A DNA stretch of 56,262 bases from Clostridiaceae bacterium. Lineage in GTDB: Bacteria > Bacillota > Clostridia > Acetivibrionales > DTU013. The translations under genes were made by a program, and so were the position numbers. A model generated the notes under the pieces. It saw nothing but the letters and a program-made list of their open reading frames with translations. It did no database searches and was not told where the DNA came from. Location: positions 1-56,262 of the forward strand of contig JAAYBT010000221.1 in the NCBI GenBank assembly GCA_012730015.1, read 5' to 3'. Positions 20,926 to 28,157 of this stretch are shown here, piece after piece (the first letter of the stretch is position 1; each line of letters opens with the position of its first letter).

Positions 20926-21366
20926 TTATTGTTTTATGTTCAGCATTACACCAAGCAGGTGTGCTGCATCCACGCTATTCCAATTTCCGTTTGGAGTGCC
21001 TCCCCAATGAACTGGATTAACACCTTCCCCTTTAAGAAATTCAAGTGTTTGTGCGGAATTCTCTACAAACAGCCCCAGGTAGCACACCCCCTCGCCATTC
21101 TTGTCAAGAAACTCCTTCCACACACTTGGCTCATCATCAGGCTCAATCAACTCAATGCCGACTGCACCCATCTTGAATGAGCACATTTTAGCCTTTGTTC
21201 TGCATGGCTTGCCTCTGTACTGCGCATTCGATTCCTCAAAAGGCGGCATAATCTTAATTTTTGGTTTTTCAATTCCAAAGAGTCTCACATAATTTTCTAC
21301 CGTCTTTTCGATGTCCCTTACAACAATGTTGATTTGGATTATGTCAGTGCCACCGATTTTGTCCAT
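20926..21366 (-). CDS. VOC family protein, paralogue 3
   Basis: Paralogue of 20467..20904. The start is moved to ATG 21366 (MDKIGGTD), behind the SD GGAGAGG. Confidence 0.75.
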   Translation of the reverse strand: MDKIGGTDIIQINIVVRDIEKTVENYVRLFGIEKPKIKIMPPFEESNAQYRGKPCRTKAKMCSFKMGAVGIELIEPDDEPSVWKEFLDKNGEGVCYLGLFVENSAQTLEFLKGEGVNPVHWGGTPNGNWNSVDAAHLLGVMLNIKQ

Positions 21367-21424
21367 AACTTCCTCTCCTTTTCTATATAATTCTGTCAAA
21401 AGCTTTTGAGGCCTTCGAAGAAAA

Positions 21425-22141
21425 TTAACAGGGCATTTGCTCTCCCATATAGTCTATAAAGGGTATATCCAAGCTAATATCCTTTTTGTTTTCAATAATC
21501 TCCCATATGCCTTTGGAAGGAACTGCAGGAGATATTTGAGCATTTTCAACACCCATTATTGTATCCATCCTTCCAGGATGTATCATAAAAATTCGTATGT
21601 CTTTTTTATCATCTTGAGCTTTAAGGTAATTGCGTATTTTTTGAGTGTACATATTGAGTGCTATTTTTGAGCTGGAATAGGCTATATAATGACTTCCCTC
21701 CTTCTTCAGCTTTGCCCCCTCGGAGGTAATATTCACTATACATCCGTCCTTGCTTTTGTATATAAGCGGCATAAATTCTTTCAGTACCCTTACCGGACCA
21801 AAGGTGTTAATCTCAAAAGTCTCGTAAAACTTATCAAGATCCATTTCAACTATGGGATCACCCTTGTAATACTTGGTCTCCAGCAGTACTGCTGCATTGT
21901 TCACCACAACATCTATCGCATCAAACTCAGCGCTTATTCTTCCACAAGCAGCCTTCACTGAATCATAATCCGACACATCCATTACTTCCATATGCAGCTT
22001 GTCCCCATGGGTTTCTTTCAGCTTTAAAAGCTCGTCCCCCGGGCTGCGATAGGTGGCAATAATTCTATGCCCCCTCTGTAATCCGTCTTTTACTAGTTCA
22101 ATTCCCAACCCTCTGTTAGCGCCTGTAATAAGTGTTACCAT
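21425..22141 (-). CDS. Short-chain dehydrogenase/reductase (SDR)
   Basis: Cofactor motif TGANRGLG, NNAA, and the catalytic YSSSK (YxxxK). 238 aa. Confidence 0.88.
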   Translation of the reverse strand: MVTLITGANRGLGIELVKDGLQRGHRIIATYRSPGDELLKLKETHGDKLHMEVMDVSDYDSVKAACGRISAEFDAIDVVVNNAAVLLETKYYKGDPIVEMDLDKFYETFEINTFGPVRVLKEFMPLIYKSKDGCIVNITSEGAKLKKEGSHYIAYSSSKIALNMYTQKIRNYLKAQDDKKDIRIFMIHPGRMDTIMGVENAQISPAVPSKGIWEIIENKKDISLDIPFIDYMGEQMPC

Positions 22142-22160
22142 TGTTATCCCTCCCTTCTCG

Positions 22161-22180
22161 AAATAAACACGTGTTTATTT
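22161..22180. promoter_or_regulatory. Perfect 20-bp palindrome AAATAAACAC|GTGTTTATTT, operator candidate just upstream of the SDR RBS
   Basis: The palindrome is perfect and has no loop, so it is unlikely to be an RNA hairpin. A second near-identical site lies at 22330-22344. Confidence 0.55.
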
Positions 22181-22331
22181 TTTGCCGAAAAATAATCTAT
22201 GCCTTTTGCACGATTCTCGTTCAATTAGTAGGGTGTCATATTCAACTCTCACAGGAGGTATATTATCCCCTTTTTCAATAATTTCTATTAGCTTAGTTGT
22301 GACCACTTACAATGCGGACTTCCGGTTTCAT
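22175..22331 (-). pseudogene. Possible decayed HxlR/MarR-like regulator remnant
   Basis: One minus frame reads ..KLIEIIEKGDNIPPVRVEYDTL.., reminiscent of the HxlR-type wing motif PP(K/R)VEY.LT. It is broken by stops and frame changes and lies between the two ACACGTGT palindromes. Confidence 0.25.
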
Positions 22332-22344
22332 AAACACGTGTTAT
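22330..22344. promoter_or_regulatory. Second ATAAACACGTGTTAT operator-like palindrome
   Basis: It has the same core as 22161-22180 with a 1-nt deletion in one arm. It directly follows an extended -10-like TGTTATAAA on the minus strand. Confidence 0.45.
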
Positions 22345-22391
22345 TTTATAACACTGTCTAATCATAGGTATTAACAAAAATCAACACATTT

Positions 22392-22408
22392 TTGCTAAAT
22401 TTTAGCAA
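22392..22408. promoter_or_regulatory. Palindrome TTGCTAAA-T-TTTAGCAA (operator candidate)
   Basis: Perfect 8-1-8 inverted repeat in the ORF-free 347-bp region upstream of the SDR/VOC genes. Confidence 0.35.
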
Positions 22409-22420
22409 CATTACTACTTG

Positions 22421-22462
22421 ACAAAAAATAAAATCCACCCCGTTTTACCGATGGTGGATTTT
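22421..22462 (-). terminator. Rho-independent terminator after the garR-like gene
   Basis: The minus strand reads AAAATCCACC-N13-GGTGGATTTT followed by ATTTTTTGT. Confidence 0.8.
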
Positions 22463-22488
22463 ACCGTTCATATCAATTATCAACTTTC

Positions 22489-23379
22489 TTATTTTTTTAC
22501 TTCAATTCCTGCCAGCTTCTCGTAGAACTGAACTAAGCCGCCATGATCGTTTCCGGCTTTGCCGTCTACCTTCATCGCCTGCATCATTTCCAATACCTGA
22601 CTCGTCAATGGCACGGGTACATCAACACCGTGTGCCGTATCCATTGCATTCTTAAGATCCTTTATGTGCAGCTCTATACGGAAGCCCGGTTTGAAGTTTC
22701 TATCAAGCACCAGAGGCACCTTTGCATCCAGAACGGTACTCCCGGCAAGGCCTCCTCTAATTGCCTGGTACACCTTTTCCGGATTGACGCCGGCCTTTGT
22801 TGCCAGGACCATAGCCTCTGACATCGCGGCAATATTCAGCGCAACAATAATCTGATTGGCAAGCTTAGTGACATTACCGCTTCCTACATCTCCTATTAGA
22901 ACCGCGGAGCTGCCCATAATTTTCAGAACATCCTCTACTTGCTTAAAAGCATCTTCAGGACCTCCCACCATAATAGAAAGAGTGCCGTCGATTGCCTTAG
23001 GTTCGCCTCCGCTTACCGGTGCATCCAACATTACTGCTCCTGCTTCCCTCAGCTTTCCTGCAATTTCCTGTGACGCCAGTGGAGCTATCGAGCTCATATC
23101 GACAACAATGGTTCCGGACTTGACGCCCTCAATAATTCCGTTTTCACCCAGAACGACATCCTTCACCTGCGGCGAATTTGGCAGCATCGTAATGATGAGA
23201 TCTACTTTTTGAGCTATATCCTTGGGTGAGCTTCCCTGTTCCGCTCCAGCTGTTATCAGTTCATCCACTGCCTCTTTCACGATATCATACACGATTAGTG
23301 GGTATCCTGCTTTCAGTAAGTTTTTCGCCATGGGCTTACCCATGATTCCCAGGCCAATAAAGCCTATCTTTCTCAACAT
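22489..23379 (-). CDS. garR: 2-hydroxy-3-oxopropionate (tartronate semialdehyde) reductase-like beta-hydroxyacid dehydrogenase
   Basis: Contains IGFIGLGIMGKPMAKNL, SSIAPLASQEI, DAPVSGGEPKAIDGTLSIMVGG and GNVTKLANQIIVALNIAAMSEA. From memory it is colinear with E. coli GarR. The start is moved to ATG 23379, 8 nt after GGGAG. Confidence 0.8.
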   Translation of the reverse strand: MLRKIGFIGLGIMGKPMAKNLLKAGYPLIVYDIVKEAVDELITAGAEQGSSPKDIAQKVDLIITMLPNSPQVKDVVLGENGIIEGVKSGTIVVDMSSIAPLASQEIAGKLREAGAVMLDAPVSGGEPKAIDGTLSIMVGGPEDAFKQVEDVLKIMGSSAVLIGDVGSGNVTKLANQIIVALNIAAMSEAMVLATKAGVNPEKVYQAIRGGLAGSTVLDAKVPLVLDRNFKPGFRIELHIKDLKNAMDTAHGVDVPVPLTSQVLEMMQAMKVDGKAGNDHGGLVQFYEKLAGIEVKK

Positions 23380-23424
23380 CCCATTCACTCCCGTTCATAT
23401 TTTATTCAATATCCATCGTTTCTT

Positions 23425-23463
23425 TGCTTTTTCAATGAGCGCTTGCGCGAATTGTACGCCAAA
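23425..23463. repeat. ~37-nt intergenic repeat, copy 1 (family B)
   Basis: TGCTTTTTCAATGAGCGCTTGCGCGAATTGTACGCCAAA matches 40887-40923, with 3 substitutions and a 2-nt indel. Confidence 0.7.
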
Positions 23464-23555
23464 CCGCGGGCGCTTTAGTGACTTCTTTTTAGCCCGAAGG
23501 GCTAAAAATACGCTCTGAGGCGGAGGTCATAAGAGCACTTGATAAAGCTATATGC

Positions 23556-24524
23556 CTACCTGCCTAATATTTTCTTAACTTTTTTCACGATATCATTATC
23601 AGTGAGTCCGTAGTGCACCAGTAATTCGTCATGACTATAGGCCGATTGCCCAAATTCATCCTCTATTGCTACAACTTCTATGGGAACTGCTCCCCCGCGT
23701 AGAATGTAGGTGATGACACTGGCAAGTCCACCGATACAACTGTGCTCCTCAGCCGTTACTATGCCCCTCATACCGGCAGCTAAATCAATTATTGCCTTTT
23801 CATCTAATGGCTTAAGAGTACTTACGTTGACTACCCTCACTGAAATCCCTTCCTTTTCAAGGGTTTCAGCTGCCTTCAGTGCCATTGAAACCATGATGCC
23901 TATAGCGAATATGGTTATGTCCTTGCCATCCCTTATTATGTTGGGCTTCCCAATCTTAAACTCCTGATCCTTAGGAAAAACCTCAGGCATATCATTTCTA
24001 CAAATCCTAACATATACAGGCCCGTCATATTCTGCAATCGCCCTTGTAACCTTTTCAGTTTCAACACCGTCGCATGGAGCAATTACAGTCATTTCCGGGA
24101 TAGCCCTCATTATTGCTATATCCTCCACAGACTGGTGAGTAGCTCCGTCACCAAAGTCGGAAAGGCCTGCACTGGATCCTACAATCTTTACATTTAGCCT
24201 GGCTGTACATATGCTTTGACGTATCTGATCAAACGCGCGTCCTGAAGCAAAAACCGCGAAGGAGTTTGTATAGGGTATTTTCCCTGTCAGAGAAAGGCCT
24301 GCCGCAAATGAAATCATGTTTGCTTCGGCGATACCCATTTCAAAATATCGTTCGGGAAATTCCTGCTGGAATCCATATGTCATGGTCGACTTTCCCAAAT
24401 CGGCCTCCAGAACAACTATATCCTTGTTCTCTTTACCCAGTTCAATCAGTGTATCCCCATATACCTTTCTCTGGTTGCTGAGCTTCACATCTTGTCTGTT
24501 GTTTGTCTTATTATCCATAGCCAT
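23556..24524 (-). CDS. Transketolase, C-terminal (pyrimidine-binding) subunit
   Basis: 322 aa with YFEMGIAEANMISFAAGLS and GSSAGLSDFGDGATHQS. It is paired with an upstream N-terminal subunit gene. Confidence 0.9.
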   Translation of the reverse strand: MAMDNKTNNRQDVKLSNQRKVYGDTLIELGKENKDIVVLEADLGKSTMTYGFQQEFPERYFEMGIAEANMISFAAGLSLTGKIPYTNSFAVFASGRAFDQIRQSICTARLNVKIVGSSAGLSDFGDGATHQSVEDIAIMRAIPEMTVIAPCDGVETEKVTRAIAEYDGPVYVRICRNDMPEVFPKDQEFKIGKPNIIRDGKDITIFAIGIMVSMALKAAETLEKEGISVRVVNVSTLKPLDEKAIIDLAAGMRGIVTAEEHSCIGGLASVITYILRGGAVPIEVVAIEDEFGQSAYSHDELLVHYGLTDNDIVKKVKKILGR

Positions 24525-24537
24525 ATCCTCAGCTCCT

Positions 24538-25353
24538 TTACATTAAGCATTTACAAGCCTGCTCATATTGCTCCTGTGTCATAGAGCCATTATGAAATGC
24601 GGCATTGTTTTCTGCACATTTTATTCCTTTTCCCTTTATCGTATTTGCAATGATAACAGTAGGCTTGCCCTTAACCTTTTCAGCGCTATCGAGTGCGTTA
24701 ACTATTTGCTCCATATCATGTCCATCGATTTCAATAACATTCCAGTTGAATGCTTCCCACTTCTCCTTTAATGGATTTGTATCAAAGCGTTCAACTATTG
24801 CCCCAGTAGCCTGTAGCCTGTTACGGTCAAGAATTACCGCCAGATTGTCCAGCTTGTAATTAGATGCTGCCATGGCAGCTTCCCAGATTTGGCCTTCATT
24901 TATTTCCCCGTCGCCTACAATACAATAGACTCTGTAGGATTTCTCATCCAACCTTGCCCCTGCGGCTATTCCGCACGAAATGGATAAGCCCTGGCCCAAT
25001 GAACCGGTGTTAGCCTCAATGCCTATCGTCTTTCTCATATCGGGATGGCCCTGAAGCTTTGAACCCAGTGTTTTCAAACTGGCTAAATCTTCTTTTGGAA
25101 AATAGCCGCACATACCCAGTGCCGCATACTGAACAATCGCTGCATGGCCCTTGCTGAAAATAAGCCTGTCCCTATCCTCCCACTTAGGATTCTTAGGATC
25201 GTGCTTCATTTTACTAAAGTAAAGCGCAGCAACAACATCAGCAATAGAGCAGGAGCCTCCAAAATGACCTGCCTTGTCTGGCCCTACCATTTTTACGATG
25301 TTCAGTCGGAGTTCCCTTGCTTTGTCCTTTAGCTCTTCGATGGAACTTTTCAT
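24538..25353 (-). CDS. Transketolase, N-terminal (TPP-binding) subunit
   Basis: 271 aa with GHFGGSCSIADV, SKGHAA and the TPP motif GDGEINEGQIWEAAM. Confidence 0.9.
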   Translation of the reverse strand: MKSSIEELKDKARELRLNIVKMVGPDKAGHFGGSCSIADVVAALYFSKMKHDPKNPKWEDRDRLIFSKGHAAIVQYAALGMCGYFPKEDLASLKTLGSKLQGHPDMRKTIGIEANTGSLGQGLSISCGIAAGARLDEKSYRVYCIVGDGEINEGQIWEAAMAASNYKLDNLAVILDRNRLQATGAIVERFDTNPLKEKWEAFNWNVIEIDGHDMEQIVNALDSAEKVKGKPTVIIANTIKGKGIKCAENNAAFHNGSMTQEQYEQACKCLM

Positions 25354-25473
25354 AAAATCAACCCTTTCAATGAATAGTTTGTGTAAGCATTGTAAAATTA
25401 TCTTTACTCCTAATTATCCTTGCCCATAAAAGTTTTTGTACCTATTTAGCTTTTCCCCTAAACGTATTTTTAC

Positions 25474-26178
25474 CTACTTATCTTTACCCTTATCTCCCTT
25501 TTTAACCTTGTCCATAGTAGTGTTGATGTGCTCCTTCATGAGTAGAGCAGATAGTTCGCTATCCTTATTTTTAATAGCATCAAGAATTTTTTTGTGATAA
25601 TATATACCGCCTTCATAGCCTGTCAAACCAACGATTTCATCCATTGATTTCTTCAACATGTCAGATAATATTGCATTCACCTTTATAATAACGTTATTGT
25701 GAGTAGCAATGGCCATCGCATAGTGGAAATTCAAATCCTGGGCTGAAAAGAGCTCCCTATCGCCCTGACTGTTTTCCATCTTCTTAATTATGCCGGCCAT
25801 CCTGCCGATATCTTTTTCTTCAGCTCTTTTAGCAGCCAGTTTAGCACTCTCGACCTCTATTATGTTCCTGAATTCAAGCATCTCGATCAGGTTTGGCCTC
25901 TCAATCATCATCATGGGAAGCAGCGTGTCAAAGTAATCGCTAGGTAAAATTTCTGAAACAAAGGTACCCTCACCGCGCCTTATTGTCAAAACGCCCATCC
26001 CCACAAGGCGGTGTATTGCTTCCCTAACGGATACTCTGCTCACCCCGAACAGCTCCACAAGGTCAAGCTCACCGGGTATTCTCGCTCCGGGAGCCCATTC
26101 GCCAGATACGATATTATTCTTCATCTGTTCGAAGACTTCATCGCTCACTCTTTTTTTCTCAATCGCTGTAATCACCAT
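25474..26178 (-). CDS. GntR family (FadR-type, FCD domain) transcriptional regulator
   Basis: Winged HTH PGELDLVELFGVSRVSVREAIHRLV plus an all-helical C-terminal domain. The start is moved to ATG 26178 (MVITAIEKKRVSDEV), behind the SD GAGGT. Confidence 0.88.
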   Translation of the reverse strand: MVITAIEKKRVSDEVFEQMKNNIVSGEWAPGARIPGELDLVELFGVSRVSVREAIHRLVGMGVLTIRRGEGTFVSEILPSDYFDTLLPMMMIERPNLIEMLEFRNIIEVESAKLAAKRAEEKDIGRMAGIIKKMENSQGDRELFSAQDLNFHYAMAIATHNNVIIKVNAILSDMLKKSMDEIVGLTGYEGGIYYHKKILDAIKNKDSELSALLMKEHINTTMDKVKKGDKGKDK

Positions 26179-26225
26179 ATTTACCTCGCATAATCGATGT
26201 ATTACATCAGACATCTTATAGTATC

Positions 26226-26254
26226 ATAATATATTAGTTGTATGAGCTTGTCAA
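26226..26254 (-). promoter_or_regulatory. Candidate sigma-A promoter TTGACA-17-TATTAT for the GntR-transketolase-garR operon
   Basis: The -35 is at 26249-26254 and the -10 at 26226-26231, on the minus strand immediately downstream of repeat A copy 2. Confidence 0.55.
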
Positions 26255-26268
26255 GATAGAAAAAAGCA

Positions 26269-26414
26269 GACCACACTGCTTGTTTTTGCAAGTAATGGGG
26301 TGTCTTTGCATCAAAAAGGCCTTATTTTATAGTAAATCAGCTACAAAATAAGGCTTTCTAAGACTTCCCAAAGCATTTTTCATCCCATTAGTTGAAATTT
26401 CAGCCAGCGCGGTC
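26269..26414 (-). repeat. Structured ~145-nt intergenic repeat, copy 2 (family A), including the likely ilvB terminator hairpin
   Basis: Closing stem GACCGCGCUG/CAGUGUGGUC (26405-26414 / 26269-26278, read on the minus strand). Inner helix UAAUGGG/CCCAUUA (26384-26390 / 26293-26299). The central hairpin GCCTTATTTTGTAG-N8-CTATAAAATAAGGC (26319-26354) is followed by CTTTTTG on the minus strand. Confidence 0.75.
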
Positions 26415-26426
26415 TACTATCCATTC

Positions 26427-28094
26427 CTATTCATCAATAAGCTCATCGATGGGGGCACCGGGCGGAACGATAGGGAAAACCATGTCATCCATACCGATCT
26501 CAAAATTGATCAGCACAGGTCTGTCAGTGGAAGCCAGTGCCCTTTTGAGTGCATCGTCCACCTCTTCGGTGGATTTTACCGAAATTCCCACTGCGCCGAA
26601 GGCTTCTGCCAGTGCCACGAAATCAGTACCTCTGTCAATGGTTGTACTTGAATACCTTTTATTGTAGAAGAGCGTCTGCCATTGCCTTACCATTCCCAGC
26701 ACATGGTTGTTCAGTATGGCTACGATAATGGGCAGCTTATACTCAACAGCAGTTGCAAGCTCGGTACAATTCATTCTGAAGCTTCCGTCTCCTGCAATGT
26801 TAATCACTTTCTTCTCCGGCCTGCCAATCTGAGCTCCTATGCAGGCTCCAAGGCCGTAACCCATTGTTCCCAAGCCGCCCGAGGATATAAACTGCCTGGG
26901 CTTTGTATACTTATAGAACTGTGCGGCCCAAAGCTGGTTCTGTCCGACCTCAGTGGTAATCAACGCTTCTCCACCGGTAAGCTCATAAAGCCTCTCAACA
27001 ATGTAGTGTGGCTTGAGCGAGCCGCCGTTATCATATTTCAAAGGGTATTGTTCCTTCCATTCAGCAATCTTTTCATTCCACGCAGACCTCCCACGATTCT
27101 CGATTCTGTCTGTAAGCGAACCGAGTATCTGCTTCATATTCCCAATCAAGGGGTAATGCACCGTAATGTTCTTGCCAATCTCGGCAGGGTCTATGTCAAT
27201 ATGCATAATCTTTGCATCTGGAGCAAACTTCTTAACATTGCTGACGACCCTGTCGCTAAACCTTGCCCCTATAGCAATAAACAGGTCTGCCTCAGAAGCG
27301 GCCAAATTCGATGTCCTTGAGCCATGCATTCCTACCAAACCGGTATAGAGCTCATGAGTCCCGGGAAATGAACCCAAGCCCATCAATGTGGTTGTAACAG
27401 GTATCTTAGCCTTCTGAGCTAAAGCAAGCATTTGTGCATCCGCCCCTGCAATTGTCACACCACCGCCAGCCATTATTATAGGTCTCTTTGCACGACTAAT
27501 AACTGCTGCCGCCTCTTCCAGCTCAGCTTCTGTTACGCCAATAGGAGTGACTTCAATTGGCTCAGGTTTTTTAGCTTCGTACTCAGTAACCGCTGCAGTC
27601 ACATCCTTGCAGATGTCGACAAGTACCGGCCCCGGTCGCCCGCTTGCCGCTATCCTAAAAGCGCTACGGACAATATCCGCTAATTTCTCTACATCCTTTA
27701 CGATATAATTATGTTTTGTCACAGGCATCGTGATTCCCGTGATGTCAACCTCCTGAAAGGAATCCTTGCCTAAAAGAGCAGTAGGTACCTGTCCTGTAAT
27801 AGCGACCATAGGCACTGAATCCATATAAGCCGTTGCAATACCCGTCACAAGGTTAGTCGCACCGGGGCCGGAGGTTGCTATACATACACCAGTTTTTCCG
27901 GTTGCGCGTGCATATCCATCTGCCGCATGAGATGCGCCCTGTTCATGAGATGTAAGTATATGCCTGATATCATTTTGAGCCTCATATAGGGCATCATATA
28001 TATTGAGGACAGCGCCTCCGGGAAATCCGAAGACAGTGTCAACCCCTTGTTCCTTTAAGCACTCTATTAGTATCTGTGCGCCTGTCAATTTCAT
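26427..28094 (-). CDS. ilvB: Acetolactate synthase, large subunit (biosynthetic type)
   Basis: TPP-enzyme motifs GGLGTMGYGLGACIGAQIG and IAGDGSFRMN. The start is moved to ATG 28094 (MKLTGAQILIECLKEQGV), behind a GGGGG SD. Confidence 0.92.
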   Translation of the reverse strand: MKLTGAQILIECLKEQGVDTVFGFPGGAVLNIYDALYEAQNDIRHILTSHEQGASHAADGYARATGKTGVCIATSGPGATNLVTGIATAYMDSVPMVAITGQVPTALLGKDSFQEVDITGITMPVTKHNYIVKDVEKLADIVRSAFRIAASGRPGPVLVDICKDVTAAVTEYEAKKPEPIEVTPIGVTEAELEEAAAVISRAKRPIIMAGGGVTIAGADAQMLALAQKAKIPVTTTLMGLGSFPGTHELYTGLVGMHGSRTSNLAASEADLFIAIGARFSDRVVSNVKKFAPDAKIMHIDIDPAEIGKNITVHYPLIGNMKQILGSLTDRIENRGRSAWNEKIAEWKEQYPLKYDNGGSLKPHYIVERLYELTGGEALITTEVGQNQLWAAQFYKYTKPRQFISSGGLGTMGYGLGACIGAQIGRPEKKVINIAGDGSFRMNCTELATAVEYKLPIIVAILNNHVLGMVRQWQTLFYNKRYSSTTIDRGTDFVALAEAFGAVGISVKSTEEVDDALKRALASTDRPVLINFEIGMDDMVFPIVPPGAPIDELIDE

Positions 28095-28157
28095 TTTAAC
28101 CCCCCATTCATATAGCCGGTTTTGATTGACCAAAATCGGTAAAAGGACGCAGCTTTT

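Noticed and set aside
23486-23508. The hairpin TTTTTAGCCC-GAAG-GGGCTAAAAA, as the rho-independent terminator of the transketolase genes
   Set aside because: In both orientations the U-run precedes the stem and an A-run follows it, so it lacks the 3' U-tract of an intrinsic terminator. It is more likely a stabilising cUUCGg-loop hairpin or processing site.
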